Assembly: GCA_965203485.1 (NCBI GenBank)
Contig: OZ241892.1
Span: 3,360,001-3,424,000, forward strand
Length of the DNA stretch: 64,000 bases
Direction of reading: 5' to 3'
Source: Longimicrobiales bacterium
GTDB lineage: Bacteria; Gemmatimonadota; Gemmatimonadetes; Longimicrobiales; Gaopeijiaceae
This document shows positions 31,669 to 43,300 of this stretch, piece by piece. Position 1 is the first letter of the stretch, and every line of letters starts with the position of its first letter. The position numbers and the translations under genes were made by a program. The notes beneath the pieces were generated by a model. That model made no database searches. It was not told where the DNA came from and worked only from the letters and a program-made list of their open reading frames with translations.

Positions 31669-32748
31669 GCCGACGGATCAGCCGCCGAACGAGATGCGCG
31701 TGCCGCCGGGAGACCGGGCCGGGCGGCGTCGTTCTCGCGCAAGCTGCCTTTCCGCGTCGAGGATGCGTTCCCGACGACAAGCGTCGCCGCCCTTTCGCCG
31801 GCCTTCGGCCTCCTTGCTGTGCCGGTCCTGGCCGTTGCGGCTTGTTCCACCGGCCCCTGGCCGGAGCCGCCGCCTGTCACCGTCGAGGCCCTGGCCGCCG
31901 AACACGAGGAATGGCGCGTCTACCGCCAAGGCCGTCTGGTGGAGCCGCCGGGAGGCGCGGTGATCTGGATCGGGCTCTGGGAGCTTCGCGAGGGCGAGGT
32001 CCAGTTCGGATCCGATCCGGCCCTCGCGGTGGTGTTGCCCGAGGAAGATTCGCCGCCCGTCGCGGGCACGCTTCGCAGGACCGGCGACGAGGTGACTCTG
32101 GAGCCTGCCGCCGCCGACTTGCGCGTTCGCGGAGAGGACGGCGATGCCCTCGTGACCGGCCCGCTGACCATGCGCAACGACCGGGCCGACGATCCCACCT
32201 GGCTCGTGCTGGGCTCGCTGGGCCTGCGCATCCACGCCGAGATGGGCACCGACCGTCTCTGGCTGCGCGCCTGGGACGAGGACTCGCCCAAGCGCGAGAC
32301 GTTCCGTCTGCCGCCGTTCTATCCCGTGGAGCCTTCGTGGCGGATGGTTGCGCGCATGGAGCCCTATGCCGAACCGCGCACGATGCCGCTGGCGGACGTC
32401 ACCGACGGCACCGTGGCCAACGTCGCGCAGGGCGAGCTGGTCTTTCGGATCGAGGGCAGGGAGCATCGTCTCGTGGCCTTCGCGACGGAGAAGAGCAAGG
32501 ACTACTTCGTCATGCTGTGGGACTCGACGGCGACGGTCGACACGTACCCGGGCGGCCGCTACATGAAAGTGCCCTTTCCGGACGACGACGGCTGGACCGT
32601 CATCGACTTCAACCGCGCCTACAATCCGCCGTGCGTCTTCACGCCCTACTCGGTCTGCAGCCTCCCGCCGCGCGAGAGCCGCCTCGAGGCCGCCGTCACG
32701 GCGGGCGAGAAGGCGCCGGGCGCGGAAGGGCGAGGCGAGACGCCTTGA
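31654..32748 (+). CDS. DUF1684 domain lipoprotein
   Basis: Lipobox 'LAVAAC' and 'DTYPGGRY...IDFNRAYNPPCVFTPYSVCSLPP.E.RL..AVTAGEK'. Start uncertain. Confidence 0.85.
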   Translation: MISLRADGSAAERDARAAGRPGRAASFSRKLPFRVEDAFPTTSVAALSPAFGLLAVPVLAVAACSTGPWPEPPPVTVEALAAEHEEWRVYRQGRLVEPPGGAVIWIGLWELREGEVQFGSDPALAVVLPEEDSPPVAGTLRRTGDEVTLEPAAADLRVRGEDGDALVTGPLTMRNDRADDPTWLVLGSLGLRIHAEMGTDRLWLRAWDEDSPKRETFRLPPFYPVEPSWRMVARMEPYAEPRTMPLADVTDGTVANVAQGELVFRIEGREHRLVAFATEKSKDYFVMLWDSTATVDTYPGGRYMKVPFPDDDGWTVIDFNRAYNPPCVFTPYSVCSLPPRESRLEAAVTAGEKAPGAEGRGETP

Positions 32749-32815
32749 ACCGGGCTTCGGCGCCGGCGTCGAGCCTTCCGGCCCGCGTCCCGGCCAGTCG
32801 CCGAGGCGAGGCCCC

Positions 32816-34243
32816 TTGACCCATCGCTCGGCCCAGGCCGTTGCCGCGCGCGTCCGCCGCGGCGAGCTCGCCGCCGTCGAGAACGTGGCCCGGGCCGTGG
32901 CTCGTCACGAAGCGAGCGACTTGAACGCATACGTCTGCTTCGACGCCGAACGCGCCTTGGCCCAGGCCGCCGAAATCGACGCGAAGGTCGCCGCCGGCGA
33001 GGACCCCGGCCCGCTTGCGGGCGTCGCCGTGTCGGTCAAGGATTTGTACGGCGTGGAGGGACTGCCGACTCGCGCCGGCTCCAGGCGCGCCCTGCCCGAA
33101 CGCTGGCAGCGCGAAGGGTTCCTGGTGAGGACGTTGCGCTCGCTGGGAGCCGTGATCGTCGGCAAGACCCACACGGTGGAATTCGCGTTCGGCGGCGTGG
33201 GCCTGAATCCGGGCGCGGGCACGCCGGTCAATCCTTGGGACGCCGGCGAGCACCGGGTGCCGGGAGGGTCGTCGTCCGGCGCCGGCGTGAGCCTCTGGGA
33301 GGGATCGGCGCAGCTGGCTCTGGGCTCCGACACGGGCGGCTCGATCCGCATCCCGGCGTCGGCTACGGGCGTGGTCGGCCTGCGCCAGAGCACGGGACGC
33401 TGGCCCGCCGACGGCGTGGTGCCCTTGAGTTCGACCTTGGACACGGTGGGCCTGCTGGCGCGCACCGCGGCCGACCTGCGCTGGGCCTGCGAGGCCATCG
33501 ACGGGACGGCGGAGCTGGAAGCGGGGACGGCGGCCGGCACTGCGCGGTTCGGCGGAAACGGCGTGGCGGGCCTGCGGATCGGCGTCCCCGGATCGTCCTA
33601 CGCCTGGGAGCGCTCGGAGCCCGGCGTCGTGGCGACGGTCCGCCGGGCGCTGGACGAGCTGGAGGCGGCCGGCGCGACCCTCCTCGACATGGACTTGCCC
33701 GAGTTCGACGAAGTCGGCCGGGAGTATCTGGCGGGCGCTATCGTCACGCCGGAGTGCGTCGAGTTCCTCGAGCGCGAGTTGCCGGAATGGCTCGCGATCT
33801 TGGACCCCGTGGTCGGCCAGCGCCTGAAGGACGGCAGGAACACGGCCGCGGCCGACTACGTGCGCGTTCGGCGGCTCCGGCGGCGCGCCTCGGCGGCGGT
33901 CCACGGCAGGATGGATTTCGCGCGCGCGGAGGTGTTGGCCGTGCCGACGCTTCCCGTCGCGCCGCCCACGGTCGAGTCCCTTTCGCAGTTGGACGCCTAT
34001 CGCGAAGCCAACCGCCGGATGCTGTCGTGCACAAGCCCAGCCAGCATGTTGGACATGTGCGCCGTCAGCCTCCCGGCCGGCCTCGATCCCCAGGGGATGC
34101 CGGCAGGCTTGCAACTGGTGGGTCGCAATGGTGCGGACCGGGCCTTGCTGGCTGTGGCCGCGGCTGTGGAAGCGGCGCTGGGCGACGCGCCGGCGCGCTT
34201 GGGGACGCCGCCCCGCCTCGGCAGCGTTCCGCCCTCGGGCTGA
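32816..34243 (+). CDS. Amidase signature family enzyme
   Basis: 'VSVKDL', 'PGGSSSG', 'GSDTGGSIRIPA'. Confidence 0.9.
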   Translation: MTHRSAQAVAARVRRGELAAVENVARAVARHEASDLNAYVCFDAERALAQAAEIDAKVAAGEDPGPLAGVAVSVKDLYGVEGLPTRAGSRRALPERWQREGFLVRTLRSLGAVIVGKTHTVEFAFGGVGLNPGAGTPVNPWDAGEHRVPGGSSSGAGVSLWEGSAQLALGSDTGGSIRIPASATGVVGLRQSTGRWPADGVVPLSSTLDTVGLLARTAADLRWACEAIDGTAELEAGTAAGTARFGGNGVAGLRIGVPGSSYAWERSEPGVVATVRRALDELEAAGATLLDMDLPEFDEVGREYLAGAIVTPECVEFLERELPEWLAILDPVVGQRLKDGRNTAAADYVRVRRLRRRASAAVHGRMDFARAEVLAVPTLPVAPPTVESLSQLDAYREANRRMLSCTSPASMLDMCAVSLPAGLDPQGMPAGLQLVGRNGADRALLAVAAAVEAALGDAPARLGTPPRLGSVPPSG

Positions 34244-34268
34244 TCGCGGAGTTCGGGCGCGCCGGAGC

Positions 34269-35225
34269 ATGGCGAACCGGGGGCGGCGGCGGTACGGCGA
34301 CGGGTCGTCCGCGGGCGCCCCGGTGCCTCGCGACAGGTCGAGAGCGAGATGGCGTGCCGTTCGGCTTCGGCTCCGCTCGAGCATCCGCCGCCGGAAGAAG
34401 GCCGCCGGAGCGTTGCTGCGGTTGGCGATTGTCGTGGCGGTTGTCGCGTGGGCCGCGCTTTGGCTGGCCACGAGGTCGTCCCAGGAGTTGCGGGTCACCT
34501 TCTTGGACGTGGGGCAGGGAGACGCGGTGCTGATCCAGGCGCCGGGAGGAAAGACGGCGCTGGTGGACGCGGGGCGCGCGTCTTCAGTGGTGCCCGAGCT
34601 TCGCCGTCTCGGCGTGCGGCACATCGACCTTCTCGTCGCCACCCACGCCCACGCGGACCACATCGGCGGCATGGACGACGTGCTGGAGCGCTTCCGCGTG
34701 CGCAACTTCATGGACAACGGTCTGCCGTACACGACGCAGGCCTACGAGCGCCTGATGAAGGCGGTCGAGGACGAGCGCGGCATGGCCTATCTGCGCGCGG
34801 AGCCGCGCACGTTGGCGCTCGGCGGCGCGTCCGTCGAAGTGCTTCCGATGCCCGGCGGCTTCTCCGACCAGAACAACCGATCGGTCGCGCTGGTGGTTCG
34901 CTACGGCGACTTCTCGGTCTTCTTGAGCGGCGATTCGGAGACGGGCCAGTTGTGCTTCATGGAGAGACGCGGCCTAGTGCCGAACGTGACGGCGCTCAAG
35001 GCGCCGCACCACGGCTCCGGGAATGGGTTCACGCCGGGCTTTCTCGACGCGGCCCGGCCCGAGGTGATCGTCGTGTCGGTGGGGCGCAACGCCTACGGCC
35101 ATCCCAGCGACGCGGCGATTTCGGCGTTCGAGGCGGTTGCCGCGACCGTGATCAGGACCGACCAAGCCGGCGCGGTCACGGTGGCGGGCCGCCGGAGCGG
35201 CGCCTACGAGGTCGAGCGGCGATGA
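34269..35225 (+). CDS. ComEC/Rec2-like metallo-beta-lactamase fold protein
   Basis: 'FLDVGQGDA', 'THAHADHIGG', 'NNRSV', 'APHHGS', 'YGHP'. Confidence 0.85.
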   Translation: MANRGRRRYGDGSSAGAPVPRDRSRARWRAVRLRLRSSIRRRKKAAGALLRLAIVVAVVAWAALWLATRSSQELRVTFLDVGQGDAVLIQAPGGKTALVDAGRASSVVPELRRLGVRHIDLLVATHAHADHIGGMDDVLERFRVRNFMDNGLPYTTQAYERLMKAVEDERGMAYLRAEPRTLALGGASVEVLPMPGGFSDQNNRSVALVVRYGDFSVFLSGDSETGQLCFMERRGLVPNVTALKAPHHGSGNGFTPGFLDAARPEVIVVSVGRNAYGHPSDAAISAFEAVAATVIRTDQAGAVTVAGRRSGAYEVERR

Positions 35226-35521
35226 GCGGCATGCGCGGCGGCGCCTGCTCCGGGCGCGTCTACGTGGTGGACCGGATCGAGGGAAGCGTCGCCGTTCTCG
35301 TGCCGGACGACGATGCGTTTCCGGACGAAGACGTGCCCGTCGCCGTTCTTCGGGTGCGTCCGTCGGAAGGCGACGTGCTGCGGGTTCCGTTGCGCGGCGA
35401 TGCGCCCGTCTGGGCGGAGGCCGTGGCCGATCCGCAACTGCGCGCCGAGCGCCTGACCGCGGCCCGGCGACGGCTGGAGCGGCTGGCGAAGCGCGACCCG
35501 GGCGGCGACGTAGCGCTTTGA
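35222..35521 (+). CDS. DUF3006-like protein
   Basis: ATGA overlap with the MBL gene, 'YVVDRIEGSVAVL...EGDVL'. Confidence 0.7.
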   Translation: MSGMRGGACSGRVYVVDRIEGSVAVLVPDDDAFPDEDVPVAVLRVRPSEGDVLRVPLRGDAPVWAEAVADPQLRAERLTAARRRLERLAKRDPGGDVAL

Positions 35522-35614
35522 CGATTCGGCACGGGCGACGCTGGTGCGGAAACCGGCGAGCGACCCTGCCGCGGTTGGTGCGACCGCCGTGATGGCCAGC
35601 CCCCGGCGACGACG

Positions 35615-36967
35615 CTAGTTCACCTCCGTCGGCAAACGCACCACCCGGATCATCTCCACGTCGTACTCGCCCAACTCGACGTATGCCGCCAGCCCTCCGG
35701 GGCCGAACGCGTCCGGGACGCGCGTGCTCGGCGGATAGGTGCCGACGTACCCGCCCTCGGACGAGAGCACGTCCAAGAAGCCGTCCGGGCTTCCGTCTTC
35801 TGCGCTTCGTCGCACCCAGATGCGCCCGTTCCACGTCGTGCGCAGACCACGCACGACGGACACTTCCTCGTAGAACTCGGCCTCCTCGATGAACTTCCTG
35901 CGTCGCTCGGGGTTCGGCCTGGCGTTGATGACTATCATGCCCCCGCTGAACCGTCGGTTCTCGCCGTCTTCCTCCTGGACGGCTTCGAGTTCCTGCAGCT
36001 GTCGCTCCCTCCAAGCTCGCTCGACGCGGCCGGTCACGGGGAGGGGCGGGATGGGCCGCGTAAGAGTGCGGATCACGCCTTCTCCCTCGCGGGCGATCTT
36101 GATCGCGTAGGTCGTGGAGTCCGCAAGCGCGACCGTCCCGTCGGGCAAGGGGCCAGCGTGGAGACGGGGCTCGAAGACGGGCGGACGCTGGCTTCGCAGG
36201 GAGCCGATGATCTGGTCGGCGCCCTGGATTTGAATGCCCGGCGGCAACTCGATCTTCCCAGCGTCGGTCATCGTGGTCTGCGGCGTCCATGCATGTGCGA
36301 CCGTGGTCGTGCTCGCTTCGTCTCCGTCCAGAAGCACTCGTTCGACGAGACGCTCGGAACGGCCGGACTCCGCGGAGTTGCCACCAGCGCCAGCCGAAAT
36401 GGTGACCGTCGCGCCGCGGTCTTCGACAGCGATCAACGCCAAACTGCTGGGGTCGGCCACTCCTTCCTTAAGGGCCGACAGTCGCGCCATGCCCGCGGCC
36501 ATTTCCGTGCCTGTGTCCGTGCCCGTGCCCGTGCTCACCATGCGTTCGTATTCGCCGTCGGGGCCGAACACCACGTAGGCGCCGTGTCCGATGTCCGTGA
36601 TCACCACGCGCCCGTCCCGCATCACGGCCATGGACCTGGCAAAGCGCAGCTCGCCGGGCCCGTCGCCCGGCCCGCCGAACCTTCGCACCAAGCGTCCCTC
36701 CGGGCTCACGACGACGATCTCCATCGTCTGCGAGTCGAAGACGTAGAGATTGCCCTCGCGGTCGAAGCCAGTGTAGCTGATGTCGCCGAATTGCTCCCAG
36801 TCGGCGCCGCCGATCGCGCCGACGCGGTACGCCTCCGCGAATTCCGATTCGAGCGCCACGTCTTCGCCAGGCAGTTCCATGACTTCCTGGGCCGTTGCCG
36901 GTGCGGCGACCGCTCCAAGGGACGCGGCCACCGCCGCCGCCGTTGCAAAGGTTGCTGGGCTCGTCAT
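35615..36967 (-). CDS. Secreted 6-bladed beta-propeller protein
   Basis: GGAG RBS, signal peptide ending 'ATAQ', 'FGGPGDGPGEL'. Close paralog of 53999-55378. Confidence 0.8.
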   Translation of the reverse strand: MTSPATFATAAAVAASLGAVAAPATAQEVMELPGEDVALESEFAEAYRVGAIGGADWEQFGDISYTGFDREGNLYVFDSQTMEIVVVSPEGRLVRRFGGPGDGPGELRFARSMAVMRDGRVVITDIGHGAYVVFGPDGEYERMVSTGTGTDTGTEMAAGMARLSALKEGVADPSSLALIAVEDRGATVTISAGAGGNSAESGRSERLVERVLLDGDEASTTTVAHAWTPQTTMTDAGKIELPPGIQIQGADQIIGSLRSQRPPVFEPRLHAGPLPDGTVALADSTTYAIKIAREGEGVIRTLTRPIPPLPVTGRVERAWRERQLQELEAVQEEDGENRRFSGGMIVINARPNPERRRKFIEEAEFYEEVSVVRGLRTTWNGRIWVRRSAEDGSPDGFLDVLSSEGGYVGTYPPSTRVPDAFGPGGLAAYVELGEYDVEMIRVVRLPTEVN

Positions 36968-37387
36968 TGCGACTCCTCCGTCTTTGATGGATCGTGGTGC
37001 GAACATCGGGCTGTTTCGCCGACTCGCGAGACGCTGAGCGCTTTGATGCTGCTTTTCGTCGTACGGTTGCCCTGGCTCCTCGTCGTTCGGCTGTGCCGGT
37101 CACCGTTGCTCGCGCTCAACGCCTCGCGGCGCAGCAGGTCCTCACGTCGCCCGTCACCTTGGTCGGCCGAACCTCGACGCGCACCGACTTGTTGAACCGA
37201 AACGGCCCCTTCATTATCATCACCTCGGCGTTGCGTGCGACAGGTCGCCGGTTCTCGGCGTGGCACCTTCAACCTACTGGCCTTGCCGCCGCACGCCACC
37301 CCCTTCACCGCGCCCTTCGTAAATGCAACACCTCATTCCGGCTCTCGTGCTTTGAGACACGAAGCGGAGATTTCGTGAGCGAGGCCG

Positions 37388-40300
37388 ATGCCGCCGAGGT
37401 TGGCCGGGATGATGACGGCGAGAGCACAGGCGGCGATGCCCGGCATCCGCGCTGAGGCCGGGGCCGTTCGGGCGGGGATGCTTTTCGCCGTCGTGCTGGC
37501 GTCGTCGCTTGTTGCGGCGTTGCCGGGCGGGGCGGGGGCGCAGTCGGCGGCGCCGGCGGTGCAGCGCATCGTGTTTCTCGGCTTGGAGGCGGGGGACAGC
37601 ACGTACTTTCGGGGCGAAGCGGTCAAGGTGCGCGTCGTGTTCGACAAGCGTGTCGCGGTGGGGACCGCGAACGGGGCGCCGTACTTGGAGCTGGCGGTCG
37701 GGACGGCGACCCGGCGGGCGTCGTTCGTCAGGTCGAAGCGCAACGCGCTGGACTTTTCGTACATGGTGCAGCGCGCCGACGTGGACAGCGACGGCGTCGG
37801 CGTGCCTGCGGGCGCTCTGACGCCGAACGGGGCGACGATCAAGGCGGAGACGGACGCGGCGACCGACGCGAACGTAGCGCACGGCGCCGTGGCGGGCGGC
37901 TTGGGGCGCAAGGTGGACGGAAGCAAGGTTCGGCCGCCCGAGGTGCAGCGGGTCTTGTTCACGGGCCCGGTGGCCGAGGACAGCACGCACTATCGCGGGG
38001 AGACGATCGGCGTGCGGGTCCTGTTCAAGGAGGACGTGGTGGTGGAGACGGCGGGCGGGCGGCCGCGAGTGGCGCTGGCGGTCGGGTCGCGGACGAGGCA
38101 CGCGGCGATGACGCAGTGGCGCCGGAACCGCATCGACTTCTCGTACACGGTTCAGACGGGCGACGCGGACGCGGACGGCGTGGAGATTGCGGCGAACGCC
38201 TTGGGGCTGAACGGGGGTACGGTCAAGTCGGCGCTGGACAGCGCGACGAGCGCGGTTCTGGCGCACGGGCGCGTGGCGGGCGGCTTGGCGCGCAAGGTGG
38301 ACGGAAGCAAGGTTCGGCCGCCGAAGGCGAGCAGCGTGGCGTTCGACAACTTGCCGGCGGGCGGCGACACGTACGGGTACGGGGAGAGGATCGTGGTCCG
38401 GGTGGCGTTCGACCGTGCGGTGGTGGTGAGCACGGCGGGCGGGACGCCGCGCTTGGCGCTGAAGATCGGAGCGGTCGTGCGGCACGCGGTGCTGTCGGAC
38501 ACGGCTGGGACGTACACGCGGCTGCTGTTTTCGTACGCGGTGCAGGGAAGCGACGCGGCTCCGCGGGGAGCGAGCATCGGGGCGAACGCGCTGGAGTTGA
38601 ACGGCGGGTCGGTCAAGGCGGGCGCGGACGGCGCGACGGACGCGGTTCTGGCGCACGGCGCCGTTGCGGCGGACGCGGCGCGCAAGGTGGACGGTCGCCG
38701 CGGGCGGCCGCCGAAGGTGGACGGGGTTTCGTTCGCGGGCTCGGCTCCCGGCGACAGCACGTACCGGCACGGGGACTCGATCGTCGTGCGGGTGGGCTTC
38801 GACGAGTCGGTCGCGGTGGACGTGGCGAACGGGAAGCCGCAAGTGGCGTTGGCGGTCGGGACGGTCGTGCGGCAGGCGGTCTTCTCGGCGCACTCGGGCA
38901 AGACGGTGGAGTTCGTGTACGTGGTGCAGTCGGCGGACCGGGACTTGGACGGAGCGAGCGTCGGGGCGAACGCGCTGGCGCTGAACGGCGGTTCCATCAC
39001 GGGCGCGGCCGACGGCGCTGTTGCGGCGGAGGTGACCCACGACGCGGTGGCGGCGGACGCGACCCGCAAGGTGGACGGACGGCCCCGAATCGTGAGCCTG
39101 AAGTTCGTCGGCACGGAGCCGACGCAGGGCCTTTACAAGTTCGACGAGACGATGTTGATTCAGGTGCACTTCGATCAGAAGCTGACGTCGGAAAGAAGGA
39201 TTTGGCTGTTGGCCGTAGTGGGAACGGACACCGTGCGAGTACCTTCCAGGCTACGACTTAGGCTGGGGGATAGTGCGATCGCCTTCTTCCATCGGGTTAA
39301 GCGCGAAGACCGGGACGCGGACGGCGTGAGCGTGCCGAAAGGCGCCCTGGTCCTGAACGGCAGCACGCTGAAGGCGGCGTCGGACGGCACGACGGACGCA
39401 AACCTGGAGCATGGAGGACTCGCAACCGACAGCAGTCGCAGAGTGGACGGCAGCTTGACGCCGACTCCTAGGCTTCGGATCAGGTTCGCCAACTCGCCTG
39501 CAAGAGGCGCCACGTATACGCGAAACGAAAGGATACGTGTCTTCGCCTCTTATCAAGTCGGCGTAGTCGTCAAAGGCAATCCACGGTTGAACTTGAACGT
39601 GGGAACTCGGACGTTGCAATTGGCGATCAACGCCACCGAGGGCAGCAACTTGATCTTCGAACACATCGTGCAGGCGGGAGACGTGGACGCGGACGGCATC
39701 AGCATACCGGCGAACGCGCTGTTCCTGCCGAGCGGGACGGCGATCCGGTCGGCGGCCGACACGACCATCGCAGCGCTTCTGTCGAACGACTCGGTGTCGG
39801 CCGATCCGCAACGGAAAGTGGACGGGCGAAGGGTCGACGCGGCGAACGTGCAGTCCATCGCCGTCGTTCCGAATCCGTCGCGCGACGACACGTACACGCG
39901 AGGCGAGATCTTCTACGTGTACGTGTCGTTCGACCGGGACGTGGCGGTGGACACGACGGCAGGCCGGCCGCGGATCGCGCTCGGCATCGGGAACTCGACA
40001 CGCTATGCGGCGTATTCCAATCCCAAACCCGGAAAGCCTTGGCAACAGTCTTTCCGCTACGTGGTGCAGGCGGGAGACCGCGACACGGACGGCATCAGCA
40101 TACCGGCGAACGCCTTGTCGGCGAACGGCGGCTCGATCACCTTGCCTGGCGACACGACGCGCGCGGCGCTGTCGCACGGCACGGCAAGCTTCCGGCACAT
40201 GGTGAACGGCAATCGGGCGAGCGCTCCGCATGTGCGAGCATTGTCGATCAAGGCTCCGTTGAACGGGGACACGTACTTGCGGGGCGAGCGAATCCAAGTG

Positions 40301-43300
40301 TCGGCCGGCATGGACCGGGTGCCGTCAGTGGACACCGACAGAGGCACGCCCCAGATGGCGATCCAAGTCGGGGACTCGACACGGTACGCAAAGTACGTGA
40401 GCGGCCTGACCTATCTCCGTTTCGACTACGTGGTGCAACGGACGGATGTGGACACGGACGGCGTCAGCATCGCGGCCAACGCGCTGTCGGCGAACGGCGG
40501 CGCGATCACTTCGCCGGGCGACACGACGCGGGCTGTCCTGACGCACCACGCGGTGCAGGCGAACTGGGCGTACAAGGTGGACGGGCGACGCGTGGATCCG
40601 GCCAAGATACAGTCGATCGCCGTGATTCCGCATCCCTCGCGCGACAGCACCTACACGCGGGACGAACTGATCTACGTGTACGTGTCGTTCGACCGGGACG
40701 TGGCTGTGGCCACGACGGGCGGACGGCCCCGGATCGCGCTCGCCATCGGGGATTCGACACGGTACGCGACGTACTCGCATCTGTACGGACGATACCCATC
40801 GTCGCGACACGTATTCCGCTACGCAGTGCAGGCGGGAGACCAGGACGCGGACGGCATCAGCATCGCGGCGAACGCCTTGTCGGCGAACGGCGGTTCGGTC
40901 ACTGCGCCGGACGACACGGTGGCGGCGGACCTGTCGCACGGACCGTTGGCGGCTGACTCGGCGTACAAGGTGAACGGCAGTCGCATCGGCGCTCCGCGCG
41001 TCCAGGCGATGTGGTCGCTCCCGCCAGCGAGCGGGAACACGTACGTGCGAGGCGAGCGGATCAGGATGAGGGTGTCCTTCGACCGGCGGACTTCGGCGGA
41101 CACGGTCGGAGGTCGGCCCCGGTTGGCGATCCGCATAGGGGACTCGACGCGCTACGCGACGGGTTGGAACATGCCGGCCACGGGTATTGTCTTCGACTTC
41201 GTCTACGTGGTGCAGCGGACGGACGTGGACACGGACGGGATCAGCGTAGGAGCGAACGCGCTGTCGGCGAACGGCGGCTCGATCACCTTGCCGGGCAGCA
41301 CGATGCCCGCCGTCCTGGCGCACGACTCCATGCCGGCGGACTTGTCGCGCAGGGTGGACGGGCGGCGGACGTCCATCCGGGCCGGCCGGAACCACGCGCC
41401 CACCGTCGTGGCGCCCATCCCCGCGAGGGTCGTTGAGGTCGCAAGCGATCCGGCGGCGGAGGAGCTGTCGGCGTACTTTCGGGACCCCGACGGCGACCCG
41501 CTGGCCTATTCCGCGGTCTCGGCCGCGCAACGAGTAGCGGACGTGGAGATTGCGGGCAGCGTCTTGACGATTCGGCCGCTGGCCGTGGGCCGGTCCGTCG
41601 TGACCGTCGGGGCGGCGGACCCGGGGGGCGGCGAAGCGGAGCAGAGCTTCTTGGTGACGGTGGAGGCGTCGCGGTCGGGCCGGGCCAGGATCCTGAAGCG
41701 ATCGCTGGCGGCGTTCGGTCGAGCCGTGGGAACCGAGACGGTCGAAGCGATAGGCGGGCGGCTCGAGACGGCGGACGAACCGGGCGCAATGGGCGGACCG
41801 GATGTGCAGGTGGGGGGCCGCTCGCTCGCGTGCGTTGGCGCGTCGGGCTCTCGGGGTTGCGGGTTGCAGGAGCTGGCGCGCCAGGCGGCGGGTCTCGTTG
41901 GGTTGCGGGTCTCGCGGGGAGCGGGCAGTCTCGCGTCGTTGCTGCACGCCGTTGCGGAGGGCGGCCACGACGCCGGCGCCGTGCGCGGGCTGGTGGGGGC
42001 GTTCGGCCGGCCGGCGGACGCCGGCGCGGTCAACGGTCTCGGAACGCCGCACGGATTCGGCGCAGTCGGCGGTTCCGCAGCGCCGGGCGGATTCGGCGCT
42101 GTGGACGGTCGCGGCGTTGCTCATGGAGTCGCGGACGCCGGTGGTCGCGGCGACAGCCGTCGCTGGGGCCGGTTGGTCAGCATCGATCCGTTGTCGCGCA
42201 GACGAGCGCTGGCGCGGTCTTCCTTCCGGTTCTCGCCGGGCGCCGCCGGCCGAGCCGTGCCGGGCGGATGGACGTTCTGGGGCCAAGCCAATGCCGGCGG
42301 CTTCAAGGGCCGGCCCGACGACGATCTCGCGCTGGACGGAACGGTGCGGTCGGCCTACTTGGGCGCCGACTACCGGTTCGGGCGCGGGCCGCTGGTGGGC
42401 CTTGCGCTGTCCCGCGCGACGAGTTCGATCGGCTTCGAGAGCGGCGTCGCCGGGGCCGGCGCGGTGGATGCGCGCCTGACGGGCTTGTATCCGTACGTCC
42501 AGTGGTCTCCTCGCAAGGGCTTGAGCGCGTGGGGGTTGCTGGGAGCGGGCCGGGGAACGGCGAGCATGTCGGAGGACGCGACGGGCCGCCGGTTCGAGAC
42601 GCGCATGAGGATGCTGATGACGGCGGCGGGCGCGCGCCGGAGGCTCGTGGGCGTGCTCGCGTTCAAGGCGGACGCGTTCGTGGTGCGCACCGATGCCGGG
42701 GAGTTGCCGGACTTGCCGGGCGTCGCCGCCACTGTGCACCGGTTGCGTCTCGCGCCGGAGATCGGCGGGCGCTGGGCCGTGTCGGAGCGGTCGTCGATCA
42801 GCTCGGAGGTCGAGTTGGGGGCGCGCTTCGACGGCGGGGACGCGGAGACGGGCGCCGGGGCCGAAGCCGGCGCGAGGCTCGCGTATGCGCACGAGGGCGC
42901 CGGGCTGAGCGTGGACGTGCGCGGGCGGGCGCTGGTGGCGCACCAGGCGGCAGGCTTCGAGGACTGGGGCGCCAGCGTGTCGGTTCGCCTGCGGCCGGGC
43001 CGCGACGAAGGGGGCCTGTCGTTCGCGCTCGAGCCGGCCTGGGGCAACGCTGCAAGCGGAACGGCGGCGTTGTGGCGCGACGGAGCAGTCGGCGGCGCGC
43101 TCGGCGCGTCGTTGGGACGCGCACCGGCTGGGGACGCAATGGAGGCGGCGATTCCAGGCTGGAAGGCAAGCCGAATCAACATGGAAACGGCCTATGCGAT
43201 CGTGTTGCCGGACGGCGGCCGGGTCGCTCCGTTCGGCCGATTGGCGGTCGAGAACGGATCGGGGCGCCGCATCAACGTGGGAATCCGCCTGTCCACGCTC